A model generated the notes under the pieces. That model made no database searches. It was not told the DNA's origin and saw only the letters and a program-made list of their open reading frames with translations. Source: Rhynchobatus australiae (Eukaryota). From it: DNA of 64,000 bases. Position numbers and translations under genes: made by a program. Shown in pieces: positions 1-12,239 of the stretch. The stretch's first letter is position 1. The number at the start of each line of letters is the position of its first letter. Location of the stretch: contig JAUZTB010000064.1 of NCBI GenBank assembly GCA_034780895.1, positions 81,699,779 to 81,763,778 of the forward strand, given 5' to 3'.

Positions 1-370
1 GATTCGGGTTTTGCCAGTTGGTTAAAGAACCAAATGGTTGAAGGAAAGTAGCTGTTCCTGAACCTGGTGGTGTGGGACTTCAGGCTTCTGTACCTCCTGC
101 CAGATGGTAGCTGTGAGAAGATGGNNNNNNNNNNNNNNNNNNNNNNNNNNNNNNNNNNNNNNNNNNNNNNNNNNNNNNNNNNNNNNNNNNNNNNNNNNNN
201 NNNNNNNNNNNNNNNNNNNNNNNNGTAGCTGTTCCTGAACCTGGTGGTGTGGGACTTCAGGCTTCTGTACCTCCTGCCAGATGGTAGCTGTGAGAAGATG
301 GTATGGCCCGGATGAGAGGGATCTTTGATGGTGGATGTTGCCTTCTTGAGGCAACGCCTCATTCTGCACT
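1..370 (-). mobile_element. Rex1/Babar-type LINE 3' fragment
   Basis: Minus strand encodes HPGHTIFSQLPSGRRYRSLKSHTTRFRNSY, typical of the C-terminus of this clade; the sequence is duplicated across a gap. Confidence 0.7.
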
Positions 371-649
371 GCATTTCCTTCAAAATGAATGTATCTTCAA
401 ACTGCGCTGCCTAAGACTACCCACAGTCCTCTAGTTGTCCCATTTGTACTCCAGTAAAGGCCAGCATTCCCTTACCTTTAGATATATATACGACATTTTA
501 ATGATCTATGTGTCTGGCCCTCTTTGGACAGCCATTTCTTCCGTCATTCACATTTGCATCTTACTCTATTCTCTTCCTTTTGGGTCCAAGTTTTTGGCAG
601 TTGCTTGGGATCAAGGAGGACTCTGGTTCCATGGGTTCTGAGGTGGCTG

Positions 650-1870
650 TATCCTAGGTGCATATTCTGCCCTCAGTAGAGACAGGTGGTGCCTGATGCA
701 GTGGGTTCTGCTGTTTGCACGTGACCCAAGTGTGCGCCTGCCATAATGACGTGAGGTGTTCAGTGCCTTTCTGTGTGTGTCTTCTTCCTTCTGGGCACTT
801 TCTGACCTGGGATTCCCAGCAGTCAGTACAATGTTATATTTTTCTTCAAGGAGACTTTTGAGAACGTCCTTGAAATGTTTTTTTACAGCCATGGCAGTTT
901 CTTACAATAACAGAGCTCAAAGTAAAGCTAAAGCCACAAGAGACCACAGATCTTGATCCGAAACAATTTCTTTTCCCCCATAGATGCTGCTCGAACCACT
1001 GAGTTCCTCCAGCAGTTTGTCTTTTTTTTTGAAGTAAAGCTACTTGTTTTGGGCACTTGGATGTTGCGGCCTGCTCAACAGAGTGGGTTGGGCATGGTCA
1101 GAACATCAATCCCACTGATGTTGCCCTGAAGCGACCATGTGCTCCTTCAGGCCAATTCTGCCTATTCTGCCAGTGGATTTGGGAGGCAGTGTCCATTGGT
1201 GGTACACCTCCAGTGCCTTGAAGTATCTATTATAGGTTCTTCATTTCTCTGAAGGATACTGAAAGGTAAAGATTTCTGCTGCCTGGTAGGCATTGAGCTT
1301 AGTCCCAGGTTTGAGACTTTGGTCTTCAGACATTGTTTTCCTTGGTAGTCTGTAGGCTGAGATGGCACATTGGAGGTAGTTGTGAACTTCATCATCAATA
1401 TCTGCCTTTGCTGACAAGTGGTTCCTGAGATATGGAAAATGATTGAAGTTTTCCAGATCTTGAGGCTCTTGATTGTCAGAGGGCGGTGTGGTGCTGTAGG
1501 ACAGGTTGATGGAGAACCTTTATCTTCCGTACGTTTAGTGTAAGCCCCATCTACTCATACAATTCACTGAAGGGGCCAATGATGACCTGGATTTGGGCCT
1601 CCAAATATTCAAATGTCACCCGCATATTGTCAATTAATGGGTTGGGTTGGGGTGATCTTTGTCCTGCACTGGAGAAGACGACGGTTAAGCATTTCCTAAT
1701 CACCGTGTAGATCAACTCCGCTCCAACTGAAAACTACTTGAAGGTGAGGAGCAGTTTAAGAGTGAGATAGATTGATGCAATGACACAACCTTTTTTGATC
1801 CCAGCCTGCACTGGGTTAAGTTCTGTAGTGGAACAGATGGGAAGATACTGAGTAATTTTTTTTCTCTGGT
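650..1870 (-). mobile_element. Decayed RTE-clade LINE
   Basis: Remnant peptides resembling GIKKGCVIA (~1775-1810), NVRKIKVLHQP (~1500-1535) and KHFKDVLKSL (~855-885). Confidence 0.7.
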
Positions 1871-2033
1871 GAAGGGTGTAGGAAAAATTCTAATTTAGTA
1901 ACATGAGAGGCCTTGTTTCAGCAGGAATTCTTTGTGCTTGAGTCCTTCTCAGACTTGGTAAAATTGATGGATGAATGGTGTTTAAAAATGAAATGAAAGG
2001 GAAGGACTTAAAACAAAAATCCCATGGAATAAA

Positions 2034-2313
2034 GTGACCGCCTGCTCTTTGATGTTGTGTGCGACCCTCTCTCACGGCTCCCCCTCTGTGACTACTACTG
2101 CTCTCCTGCTCTTCCACCACATGCTCACCCAGCCACCTTTCGCTTGCCAGCTCTCGCCCCACCCCTCCTCCTCACCTCTCTGCTCTGCACTTTCAAGCCA
2201 GATGAAGGGCCTCGACCTGAAACACCAACCATCCATTCCCCCCCCCCCCCAGATGTTGTCTAACCCCCTTAGCAGCTTGATTGTTGCTCCAGATTCCAGC
2301 ATCTGCCGTCTCT
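2034..2313 (+). mobile_element. Penelope-like element 3' terminus with degenerate hammerhead motif
   Basis: Pyrimidine-rich tract, then CAGATGA-AGGGC-CTCG-ACCT-GAAAC, then the family tail GCTCCAGATTCCAGCATCTG. Confidence 0.65.
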
Positions 2314-4502
2314 NNNNNNNNNNNNNNNNNNNNNNNNNNNNNNNNNNNNNNNNNNNNNNNNNNNNNNNNNNNNNNNNNNNNNNNNNNNNNNNNNNNNNNN
2401 NNNNNNNNNNNNNNNNNNNNNNNNNNNNNNNNNNNNNNNNNNNNNNNNNNNNNNNNNNNNNNNNNNNNNNNNNNNNNNNNNNNNNNNNNNNNNNNNNNNN
2501 NNNNNNNNNNNNNNNNNNNNNNNNNNNNNNNNNNNNNNNNNNNNNNNNNNNNNNNNNNNNNNNNNNNNNNNNNNNNNNNNNNNNNNNNNNNNNNNNNNNN
2601 NNNNNNNNNNNNNNNNNNNNNNNNNNNNNNNNNNNNNNNNNNNNNNNNNNNNNNNNNNNNNNNNNNNNNNNNNNNNNNNNNNNNNNNNNNNNNNNNNNNN
2701 NNNNNNNNNNNNNNNNNNNNNNGACAGGAAAAACACATTTCATGTACTTTCTTCCAGACTTACCTTTTCCAAGCCCATGTTCAATTGTATCATGACATCA
2801 TTTTATCCCAAGGCCACGTAATCAACAGAGGTCTACAGCTTAAGTAGGGCAGACTATAATGTGATAAATGTGTTTTAAGAAAGCAACAATTCAAGTCACA
2901 GTTTCCCCTCAAAGGTAAACGTCAGCACTCTTATCCAGGGAAACACAACTGGTAGTAAAGCTTAAATAGCTGCTTCCTAGTCAGTAAAGGAATCCACTTA
3001 CGTAGAGTATTGAAGCCCAAACATACCTCAACAAATGTTACTTGGATGGCATGGATTAATTTGGCAAAATGCAATGGGCTGTAGTCATTACTGAAAATGT
3101 AAATGACAATGCTGGAAAAATGGGATAATGTTGATCCTACACATTATTATTTTATGGATTAAAGTGGAGCAAACAACCTTCTACAACTTGTGATCTTATG
3201 GTTTCTTTGCATCACAGAAAGCTAAAGGAAATCTAAACGTTATTTTTTTAGAATGACTACTCATTCAGATATAAAATAATAACATCACTGCAATTATCTG
3301 CAGAGTCTGACCTTTACATTAAATACAGTCCTGCTTTGAATACCTGAACCATAATGCAGGTGGAAGAATTCATTTCTACTGTTTCAGCAGCAACGTTCCT
3401 GCTCCATTGCTAATACCCCAAACTCTGCCAATACCTGAGGTACCTTGCTGAACCTAGGCTCAGCATTTGGCTCAAGATCAAACTCACAATCACCCTCTGC
3501 TTTCCTCAAACTTCTCCTTGATTCAGTCCCTCTCTGCAAGAGTCACTGAATCTATCTGCTGATGAACATTTTGAGAATGATTAACCAGCGCTCAGTTATC
3601 TCTAACATATCAAATCTCCAGGGATAAAGAAACTCCATGTAAGAGCACACAAATTGCTACAATTTTCATGGTAGAGTAAGATTAAAATACCGGGGCATAC
3701 CTTTAAAATATAACCAGTGAAAATGGAATTAATGTACTGTTCACTTGTATTAAATTCAACATACTGGCACCGCCACTGTGACACTGGCAAACTTTCTAAT
3801 TAATTATTTTACTTGCATTCATAATAGAGATCATTCACATAAATATGGACAGGACATTTTACATTGGATCAATGTAGTCAGCCACATCATCTCTTTAGCT
3901 ATTCTTGAGTAACAGGAGCATGATGTCACTGGAATGATACATTACCCAAAGGACCAATATCTGGATAAAAATGTGCTAGAGATTATGTGGCGAGGTTGTT
4001 GCAGAATGAATTTCGGAACAAGTGCCTAATGTATGTTTCTATTCACTTTCCTTAGCATTGGCTGTCTTTTAATCTCTTTCCCAGGTCTTGTGGATAATGG
4101 ACTTAATATTAACCAGATCTTTTGGCCACAGCCTCCCTTTTCCTGTCTTCACCTATATATTTTGCCCCTCATTGGTTTATCCTCAAACAACTTCTTATGA
4201 AAATATTTATTTTAAATTATCTCTGCAACTTTAAATTTGCATCTATATATGGTCACCTACTTTTCCAGTTGTATTCTTTTTAATTTTCCACCATAAACCA
4301 CAAGCTACTGGTACATGCATCNNNNNNNNNNNNNNNNNNNNNNNNNNNNNNNNNNNNNNNNNNNNNNNNNNNNNNNNNNNNNNNNNNNNNNNNNNNNNNN
4401 NNNNNNNNNNNNNNNNNNNNNTGCTCCCCTTCCTGTCACTAGGTCATTGCCACAACTGACCTCTCTCCCCTCACTATCCCATCCCAAACCCTATGTTACT
4501 CC

Positions 4503-5360
4503 TAGTCATACAGCAGAAACAGGCCCTTCAGACCACTATGTCTGTGCTGGGCATCAGGCACCCAATTTCCAGTACTTGGCCCATAGCTTTCAATACCATG
4601 GTGTTTCAGGTGCTCAGCTATGAGTGGCACAGTGGAGCAGCTAGTAGGATTAATGTAGTGTAAAACTGGGGGTTGATGTGGACATGATGGGCCAAAGGGC
4701 CTGTTTCCATGCGGAATCTCTCTTTGACAACATGACTCCAAATGTTGTGAGAATATCTGCCTCCACTACCCCCTCCGGCAGTGCGTTCCATCAACTATCC
4801 TCTGGGTGAAACATTTCTTCCTTAAATCTCTTCCAAATCTCTACCCTTACCTCTATGTCCTCTGGTTATACACAGCTCTGCTAAGGTAAAACATTTCTTA
4901 CTATCTACCCTTTCTATGCCCCTCGTAGTTTTGTACACCTCTTTCAGGTACCCCTCAGCCTCCTCTGCTCCAAGGAAAACAAACCCAGCCTGTCCTGTCT
5001 CTTGTCATAACTGAAACATGCCGTCCCAGGCAACATCCTGGTGAATCTCTGGAAGGACTCTCCAGTGCAGTCATGTCCTTCCTATAATGTGACAACCAGA
5101 ACTATGCATGTGACCTAACTAATATTTTATATAATTGTACCATAACCCCCCCTGCTCTTTTATTCGATGCCTGGCTAATTAAGACCAATATCCTGTATGT
5201 CTTCATAACCACCTTTATCTGTGCTGCTGGGTATATGTCCAAGAATCCTTCAGGGATCCTTGGACATATACACAAAGGCTCTTCTATTCCTCAATCCCTT
5301 CTAGGGTTCAACCATTTGTTCGGCATATCCCAGCTTTATTAGTCTTCCCAAAATGCATTT
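4503..5360 (-). mobile_element. CR1-type LINE 3' fragment with a nested opposite-strand CR1 tail
   Basis: Shares 3' UTR/ORF2-end sequence (CAGGCCCTTC, CCAGGCAACATCCTGGTGAATCT) with other CR1 copies in the window. Confidence 0.7.
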
Positions 5361-5732
5361 CTCCACACCCTCCCATGTTGGATTCCCTCTGGCTAATGTT
5401 GGTTTGAGATATTGCAAAGAAAAATCAGTCAGGACAAAGGGCCCTTATAACCAATTTTCTGTAGAAACTGTCTGGGGAATTTACTGACAGTTGAGAAACA
5501 ACCTTTCCAAATATTATTGATTTTTTGATAACTATTTAAAGGTTTCAAGTTGGGAAACAGAAACATTTTTCCCATTTCCCATTACATTTGAAATCCAGTG
5601 CCAGTATCCAGGACTCTCAAGTCAGAAGCAGCACAGATCCCAAGTACCCTTATTCTGAATTTACAACACACTTCAACCCTACTTCAGATGAAAAGCTCTC
5701 TACAGTGTGGCATTTCAATTCACTAACTCAGT

Positions 5733-5733
5733 G

Positions 5734-5761
<28 letters not shown>
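5733..5761. repeat. (TG)n microsatellite
   Basis: About 14 TG units, seen directly. Confidence 0.95.
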
Positions 5762-5764
<3 letters not shown>

Positions 5765-8087
5765 GGTGGTGTAAATAATAATCAATCCACCTTTGAAACT
5801 GTCTGGGAGCTTTGTCAAGACTTCACTGACCGCTGATCANNNNNNNNNNNNNNNNNNNNNNNNNNNNNNNNNNNNNNNNNNNNNNNNNNNNNNNNNNNNN
5901 NNNNNNNNNNNNNNNNNNNNNNNNNNNNNNNNNNNNNNNNNNNNNNNNNNNNNNNNNNNNNNNNNNNNNNNNNNNNNNNNNNNNNNNNNNNNNNNNNNNN
6001 NNNNNNNNNNNNNNNNNNNNNNNNNNNNNNNNNNNNNNNNNNNNNNNNNNNNNNNNNNNNNNNNNNNNNNNNNNNNNNNNNNNNNNNNNNNNNNNNNNNN
6101 NNNNNNNNNNNNNNNNNNNNNNNNNNNNNNNNNNNNNNNNNNNNNNNNNNNNNNNNNNNNNNNNNNNNNNNNNNNNNNNNNNNNNNNNNNNNNNNNNNNN
6201 NNNNNNNNNNNNNNNNNNNNNNNNNNNNNNNNNNNNNNNNNNNNNNNNNNNNNNNNNNNNNNNNNNNNNNNNNNNNNNNNNNNNNNNNNNNNNNNNNNNN
6301 NNNNNNNNNNNNNNNNNNNNNNNNNNNNNNNNNNNNNNNNNNNNNNNNNNNNNNNNNNNNNNNNNNNNNNNNNNNNNNNNNNNNNNNNNNNNNNNNNNNN
6401 NNNNNNNNNNNNNNNNNNNNNNNNNNNNNNNNNNNNNNNNNNNNNNNNNNNNNNNNNNNNNNNNNNNNNNNNNNNNNNNNNNNNNNNNNNNNNNNNNNNN
6501 NNNNNNNNNNNNNNNNNNNNNNNNNNNNNNNNNNNNNNNNNNNNNNNNNNNNNNNNNNNNNNNNNNNNNNNNNNNNNNNNNNNNNNNNNNNNNNNNNNNN
6601 NNNNNNNNNNNNNNNNNNNNNNNNNNNNNNNNNNNNNNNNNNNNNNNNNNNNNNNNNNNNNNNNNNNNNNNNNNNNNNNNNNNNNNNNNNNNNNNNNNNN
6701 NNNNNNNNNNNNNNNNNNNNNNNNNNNNNNNNNNNNNNNNAGGAGGCAACAAATGCTGCTCCCCAACTGTCTCTAAACAGCACTCAAGTACTAAACTGGC
6801 AGATGTCTGCTGTAGCATCTTCAGGCACGCTTCTATCATGATAATCATTAATTAGCCTCAGAAATTTGTGCCTAAATCAGAATTTTACCTTAATAGCACA
6901 ATGTCAACTCAGCACCTGTTTTCACTGACCTAAATAACCTCCAGGTTTTTGCTCTATGCAGCTTCATGGAATTTCCACTGTAATCCTTACCACCATTACA
7001 TTTTTATGGTTTCCATCTGTAGGACCATATCGATTCATCTCTTAGCTGAAGTGTTTGTGAAAATAAAGGTCATCTAGTAGCTAAACAAAAACCATATTAA
7101 TCTCTAGAATAAAGCTTTCCTATAAATAGAACCTAATGCAGTATTTGAAATGCATTGAATTACATTCACTGAAGGCTTGGTCCTCATATCCTGATACTTG
7201 AGAAGTCTCTGTAAAGCACCTCTCCCAATATGATTAACAGTTTAGGGCAGTGTCTCTCACTGACCTAGAAATCAGGGTTCACACTTCTCCTTGTTAATGC
7301 AGCTCAGCTCAGTTACTTTGACTTCATGCAAGGGATAGCAAGTATTTATTGCCCATCGCTAACTGCTCTGAAACTGAGAGGCTTGCTAGGTCATATTAAA
7401 GAGCAACTAAAAATCAGCCACTTTGCCATGGGCCAGGAGTCACATAAAGGCCAAGACGAGTAAAAGTGACAGATTTCCTTTCCTTAAAGAACATAAACAA
7501 ACTACGTGGGGTTCAACTGAGAATTTGGTGCTTTCATGGTCATCATTACTGATAATAGCTTCTGATTCCAGATTTATGTCATCCCTGTGGATAACTAGAT
7601 TAGGAATATAATCTATGCTATTGTACCTGCCTCAGACGTAATAGTTCGCTCCACATCAAATAGGTTTTATCATGAGGGTGTCCAATTGTGATGCTTCAGG
7701 CAAGTCAATAGGCTTGTTGGATCAGCTTGACTTTTCTTGCCTGGCCCTTTAGTACATGTGGGTCCTTCTCTGATCACTGTTCTATTTGAATAGCTTTTAG
7801 TGTGCTGTAATGTTAGTTTGGTTTGAATTTTTTTTATCCTTTATGTTCATTATTATTTGATTAGTCCATTGCATGCTATTGAACAAACTTGCTTAACTAT
7901 TCGCTTTAGACTCTTCACTCATTTCGTAAAGGCCTTCCAAAACTAGATATTTTGGACAAAGTGAAATAGAGATGGATAAAACAATAGATGTGTCACACGG
8001 AAACAATTTTGACAGAGCTTCCACAGACTATTTTACGCAGTGTATTTTCCCATAATATTAGGCTTCACACTTAATGTAAGTTAGAAA

Positions 8088-8207
8088 ACTGCAGATGCTG
8101 GAAACCTGAAATAAAAGTAGAAAATGTTAGAAACACTCAGCAGGTCAAGCAGCATCTGTGGAAAGAGAAACAGAGTAAACATTTCAGGTCAAAGACCTTT
8201 GTCAGAT
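8088..8207 (-). mobile_element. Penelope-derived terminus with degenerate hammerhead motif
   Basis: Reverse complement reads CTGACAA-AGGTC-TTT-GACCT-GAAATGTT...CCACAGATGCTGCTTGACCTGCTGAG. Confidence 0.7.
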
Positions 8208-8407
8208 TTACTCATTCATGTTTACACTCTGTAACACAAGACAATCCAAACAAAATCTAACAACTAATCAGTGATTTGTTTAGACATTAGTTTCCTTATG
8301 AGTTATTTGAGTTTTCTTAGGAACCGAAATGCATACACCTGCATCCATCTTGTACTGTGAATCTTCTCTAAGTTATACCATTCATCACAATGACTAGTAG
8401 GACACCA

Positions 8408-8716
8408 TCTGGTTACAGTAGTGTAGCAGTTAGTGTAACGCTTTACAGCACCAGCGACTTAAGTTCAATTCCAGCCGCTGTCTGTAAGGAGTTTGTACAT
8501 TCTCCCCGTGTCTACGTGGGTTTCCTCCGGGTGCTCTGGTTTCCTCCCACATTCCAAAGACGTATGGGTTAGGAAGTTGTGGGCATGCTCCGTTGGTGCC
8601 GGAAGTGTGGCGACACTTGCAGGCTGCTCCCAGAACGCTCTACACAAAAGATGTGTTCACTGTGTGTTTCGATGTACATGTGACTAATAAAGAGATCTTA
8701 TCTTATCTTATCTTAA
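8408..8716 (+). mobile_element. tRNA-derived V-SINE, near full length
   Basis: A-box-like TAGTGTAGCAGTTAG, B-box GTTCAATTCC, V-domain-like TCTCCCCGTG..GTGGGTTTCCTCCGGGTGCTC.GGTTTCCTCCCACA, then AATAAA and an (ATCTT)4 tail. Confidence 0.85.
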
Positions 8717-9104
8717 ATCACTGCACCATTGACAGTCATGCCTTCATTGGCCAAGGCTCTAAGCCTGGGAGTTCCTCCCCTAAATCTCTCTGCCCATTCT
8801 CTTCACTGCCCTTCAACATCTAGCATTTGGTCATCAAATCCAATATCTCTGCACAGACCTTGGTCTCCAATGTAGTGTGGTAGTCAATCCTACAAAGTGT
8901 TTGAGACATTTTACAATGTTGCCGACTCCATCTAAATACATCATTGAGAAGTGAATTTGCTGGAACAGGAGGAACTGTGCAAAAGATTTCCTGATAGATA
9001 CTTTTGATGCAGTGCAACCTGGAAGATTTAACCACACAGCTGGAATGAGCAATGAAGACGGGGAGCTTTGGAAATAGATTGAATTTTTCTTTGAAGCAAT
9101 GCAA

Positions 9105-9545
9105 GCAAAAAAACAGCATCTCACCTTTTGGCAGCCACTTCACAGCATTCCAGACTCAATATTGAGTTCAACAATTTTAGACCTTTACCATCTCCCGATG
9201 TTTTTGCACTGCAGCTGTGGGTAATGGTTCTGCTGTTGCCATTTGCAGCTCCTCTGGACCCAACTGTTCTTTTTACTTTCTTGACCCAATATTTCCTTAC
9301 ACAATTGCCCCTTTTGACATTTAGTCTCCCCTGCCTTCCACTTTCCTCTTTGTTCTTTCCAAAACCAACCCCCCCGCCCACCAGTCTCCCTCCTCTTCCC
9401 ATCTGCTCACTTTCCCAACATACTTCCTTAAAAGCTGTTGCATCCCTAACTTTTCCCAGTTCTGAGGAAGGGTCATCAACCTGAACATTAAATCTGATTC
9501 TCCCTCCACAGTTGCTGCAGAATATTTCCAGCATTCAGGAAATGA
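9105..9545 (+). mobile_element. Penelope-like element 3' end (GIY-YIG C-terminus, pyrimidine tract, hammerhead remnant)
   Basis: LNIEFNNFR resembles the end of Penelope ORFs (G.LNIEF). It is followed by CAGTT-CTGAGGA-AGGGTCATCAACCT-GAAC at ~9457-9486. Confidence 0.72.
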
Positions 9546-9670
9546 AATTCAAAATGTCTGCAGATGCTGANNNNNNNNNNNNNNNNNNNNNNNNNNNNNN
9601 NNNNNNNNNNNNNNNNNNNNNNNNNNNNNNNNNNNNNNNNNNNNNNNNNNNNNNNNNNNNNNNNNNNNNN

Positions 9671-10110
9671 AAAATATAGAGAAGCCTTGCTCCAATTGTA
9701 CAAGGTGTTTATGAGACCACATCTGGAATACTGTTTACAAATTAGTTTTCCTTATTTAATGCACTGGAGACATTTGAGAGAAGGTATATTGGGTTTATTC
9801 CCAGGATGAATGGGTTGTCTAATGAGGAATGATAGGTCGGACCTATCCTTGTTGAAATTGAGAAGGAATTATGTTCTTAGTGAAACAAAGATTCTGAAGG
9901 GGCTTGAAAGGATAAGTGCTGAGTGAAAGGAATTTCCTCTCGTGGCGAGTTATCTTCACACAATGTGTTCTATTCCAGAGAGCTGTGGAGATTGAGTTAT
10001 TGAATATATTTAGGGCTGAAACAGACAGATGTTTGGACTAATGGGGAGTCAAAGGTTTGGGGAGAGGCAGCCAATACCTGATTGAATGGTGGGGCAGGAT
10101 CCAGGGATGG
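9671..10110 (+). mobile_element. CR1 LINE 3' fragment
   Basis: LLQLYKVFMRPHLEYC, the CR1 ORF2 C-terminal motif. Confidence 0.8.
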
Positions 10111-10419
10111 TGTGCTCTTCTCTTCTTCCTTAATCTTCAGAGCTTGCTGGATAATTTGTCTATTAAGGGTAAACATCGTTAAGACTCTAGTATTTCTCCA
10201 GCAAGGTCTTGCTGTTTTCTAAGCACACTAAACTGTTGAGTGGTTTCAATGTTTTCTTGCCATTGTTCCTGATGTTTATAGAACTCTGGTGGCTTTCGTG
10301 AGACTTAATTGGGAACTAGGTTGAATATATTGTTGTAGGTGGTACATGGACACCTAACCCACAAAAATGGTGTCTATGTGCATGTCTATTCTGGGGTGAG
10401 GTGAACAAGATGATGTCTC

Positions 10420-10810
10420 AAGACCATAAGAGAGAGGAGCAGAATTAGGCCTTTAGGCCCATCACGGCTGATTTTGTTTTCAACCCCATTCTCCCGCCTT
10501 CTCCCCGTAACCCCCTTACCAATCAAGAACCTATCAATCTCAGCCTCAGATACACCCGGTGACTTGGCCTCCACAGCCCTCTGTGCCAACAAATTCCACA
10601 GATTCACCACCCTCTGCCTGAAGAAATTTTAAAGGGACATCCCTTTATTCTGAGGCTGTGCCCTGGGATCCTAGTCTCTCCTACTAATGAAACATCCTCT
10701 CCACGGCCATTCTATCCAGGCCCTTCAGTATCCAGTAGGTTTCAATGAGATCCCACCTCATCCTTCTGAACTCCGGCAAGTACAGGCCCAGAGACATCAA
10801 ACGCTCCTTG
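10420..10810 (-). mobile_element. CR1 LINE 3' fragment
   Basis: VNLWNLLAQRAVEAKS...EIDRFL; near-identical to the copy at 20110-20700. Confidence 0.85.
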
Positions 10811-12239
10811 TTTAAAAGTGGTTTATGCACATACATCAAATAACTGCATGCAGCTTACAGTGTAGGATGATTATGACAATAATCCCACATGCAACTCTAA
10901 TGATGCCAGTGTCTAACAGCACACTTCAACTTGGCCTAACTTCATGCTACGTTAAACTGCAACAAAGCCCCCTCTCCACCACGTTATCTTGCAGGCGGCT
11001 CGATTATTTCTTCTATCTGTTGGTCTACTTGTATGTTTTTCTACACTTAGCTAAATATGAATAGAACATCTGGCTGATGCTGCTGAGCTTTTCTGTTCCT
11101 TTAAAATCCTATGCAGAAACGAGTTGCTTTCAGGCATGTCTGGTCTGGTGAGGCTTCCTCTTTCAGTTACATTTGTTTAGGAGGGTGAAGGAGAGCCAGG
11201 CAGCACAGCACAAGTTGCCAGAGCAGGGAAGAGGAAGAGCTTGAGAAGGTCTCTCAGCTGGAGGTCAAAATGTACTTATTGCCCATTCCATCTGTCTGAG
11301 GAACACTGTGTGAACTGGAGGTAGAAGCTAAATGGGACTTGGCAATGGTGCAAGACCCTTCTCTGAAGGACATTAATGTTTCATTTATTTTTATTATTCC
11401 CTAATATTAAGTGCTGATTGCAGTGATACCAAAACAAAATATTGAGATTGCTTAATAAGACATCAATGTACTCCAAGCATAACAGCTTCCTTTATTTTGT
11501 ATGTGGGATTGAAAAAAACAAATGTACTTTCAAAGATAGACCACAAGGGGGAAGTATTGTAGTGAAATTTCAAAGCAGGTCAGGAAGAGATTGATTACAA
11601 TTTTGAATCCAGACAATTTGAAGGAACTGGAAAATTAAAGATCCAGATGCCCTTACTCTGGTTTAAATAAAACAACCAAGGGGCAGCGGGGGTGGGGGTT
11701 AGAGCCGGGAAGGGAAAGCCAGCGGTCACAAGTCAAAAGTACTGTGAAGGAATTGATGAAGTAAGTAAGCAGCCAGAGATCAGCTTTATGCTGGAAGTAT
11801 GTAGCTCAGCAGTCACCTGGGTGTGAAAATAGCTGCACGCTGTAAAAAACAAGAACGATATCAACCACAATTCCAGATTGGCAATATATCATAAAGGGTT
11901 TTCTAAGGCACTGAGTTGGCTTTGCTGTTATTCTTGCAGCAACGTCTAACAATTTTCACCTTTATATACTTGCCAACCACACTACAATTTTCTCCGCTAA
12001 TTCAGTGGGTTACACCTCAGCAGTACCAGAACCAATATCCCTGCTGGGTGCTGGGGGTGAATTACTGGTGCTACTGAGGAGGGATCAATCGAGCTGGGCA
12101 GGTGGATGGGAGCCTCAAATGGAATTCAGGAAGGAGAGAAACAAATCAGGAAATGGAAAGTACAACAGTAGTCAGTGAAATAAGAGGCAAAGACGTATCA
12201 GGGTCAAAGTATGAAAAATAATAAAATGATGAAATTTTA

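Noticed and set aside
2034-6848. Long ORFs spanning 2314-2722 and 5840-6740
   Set aside because: They are open only because of N runs.
8408-8480. tRNA-like sequence
   Set aside because: It is the A/B-box head of a SINE with no complete cloverleaf.
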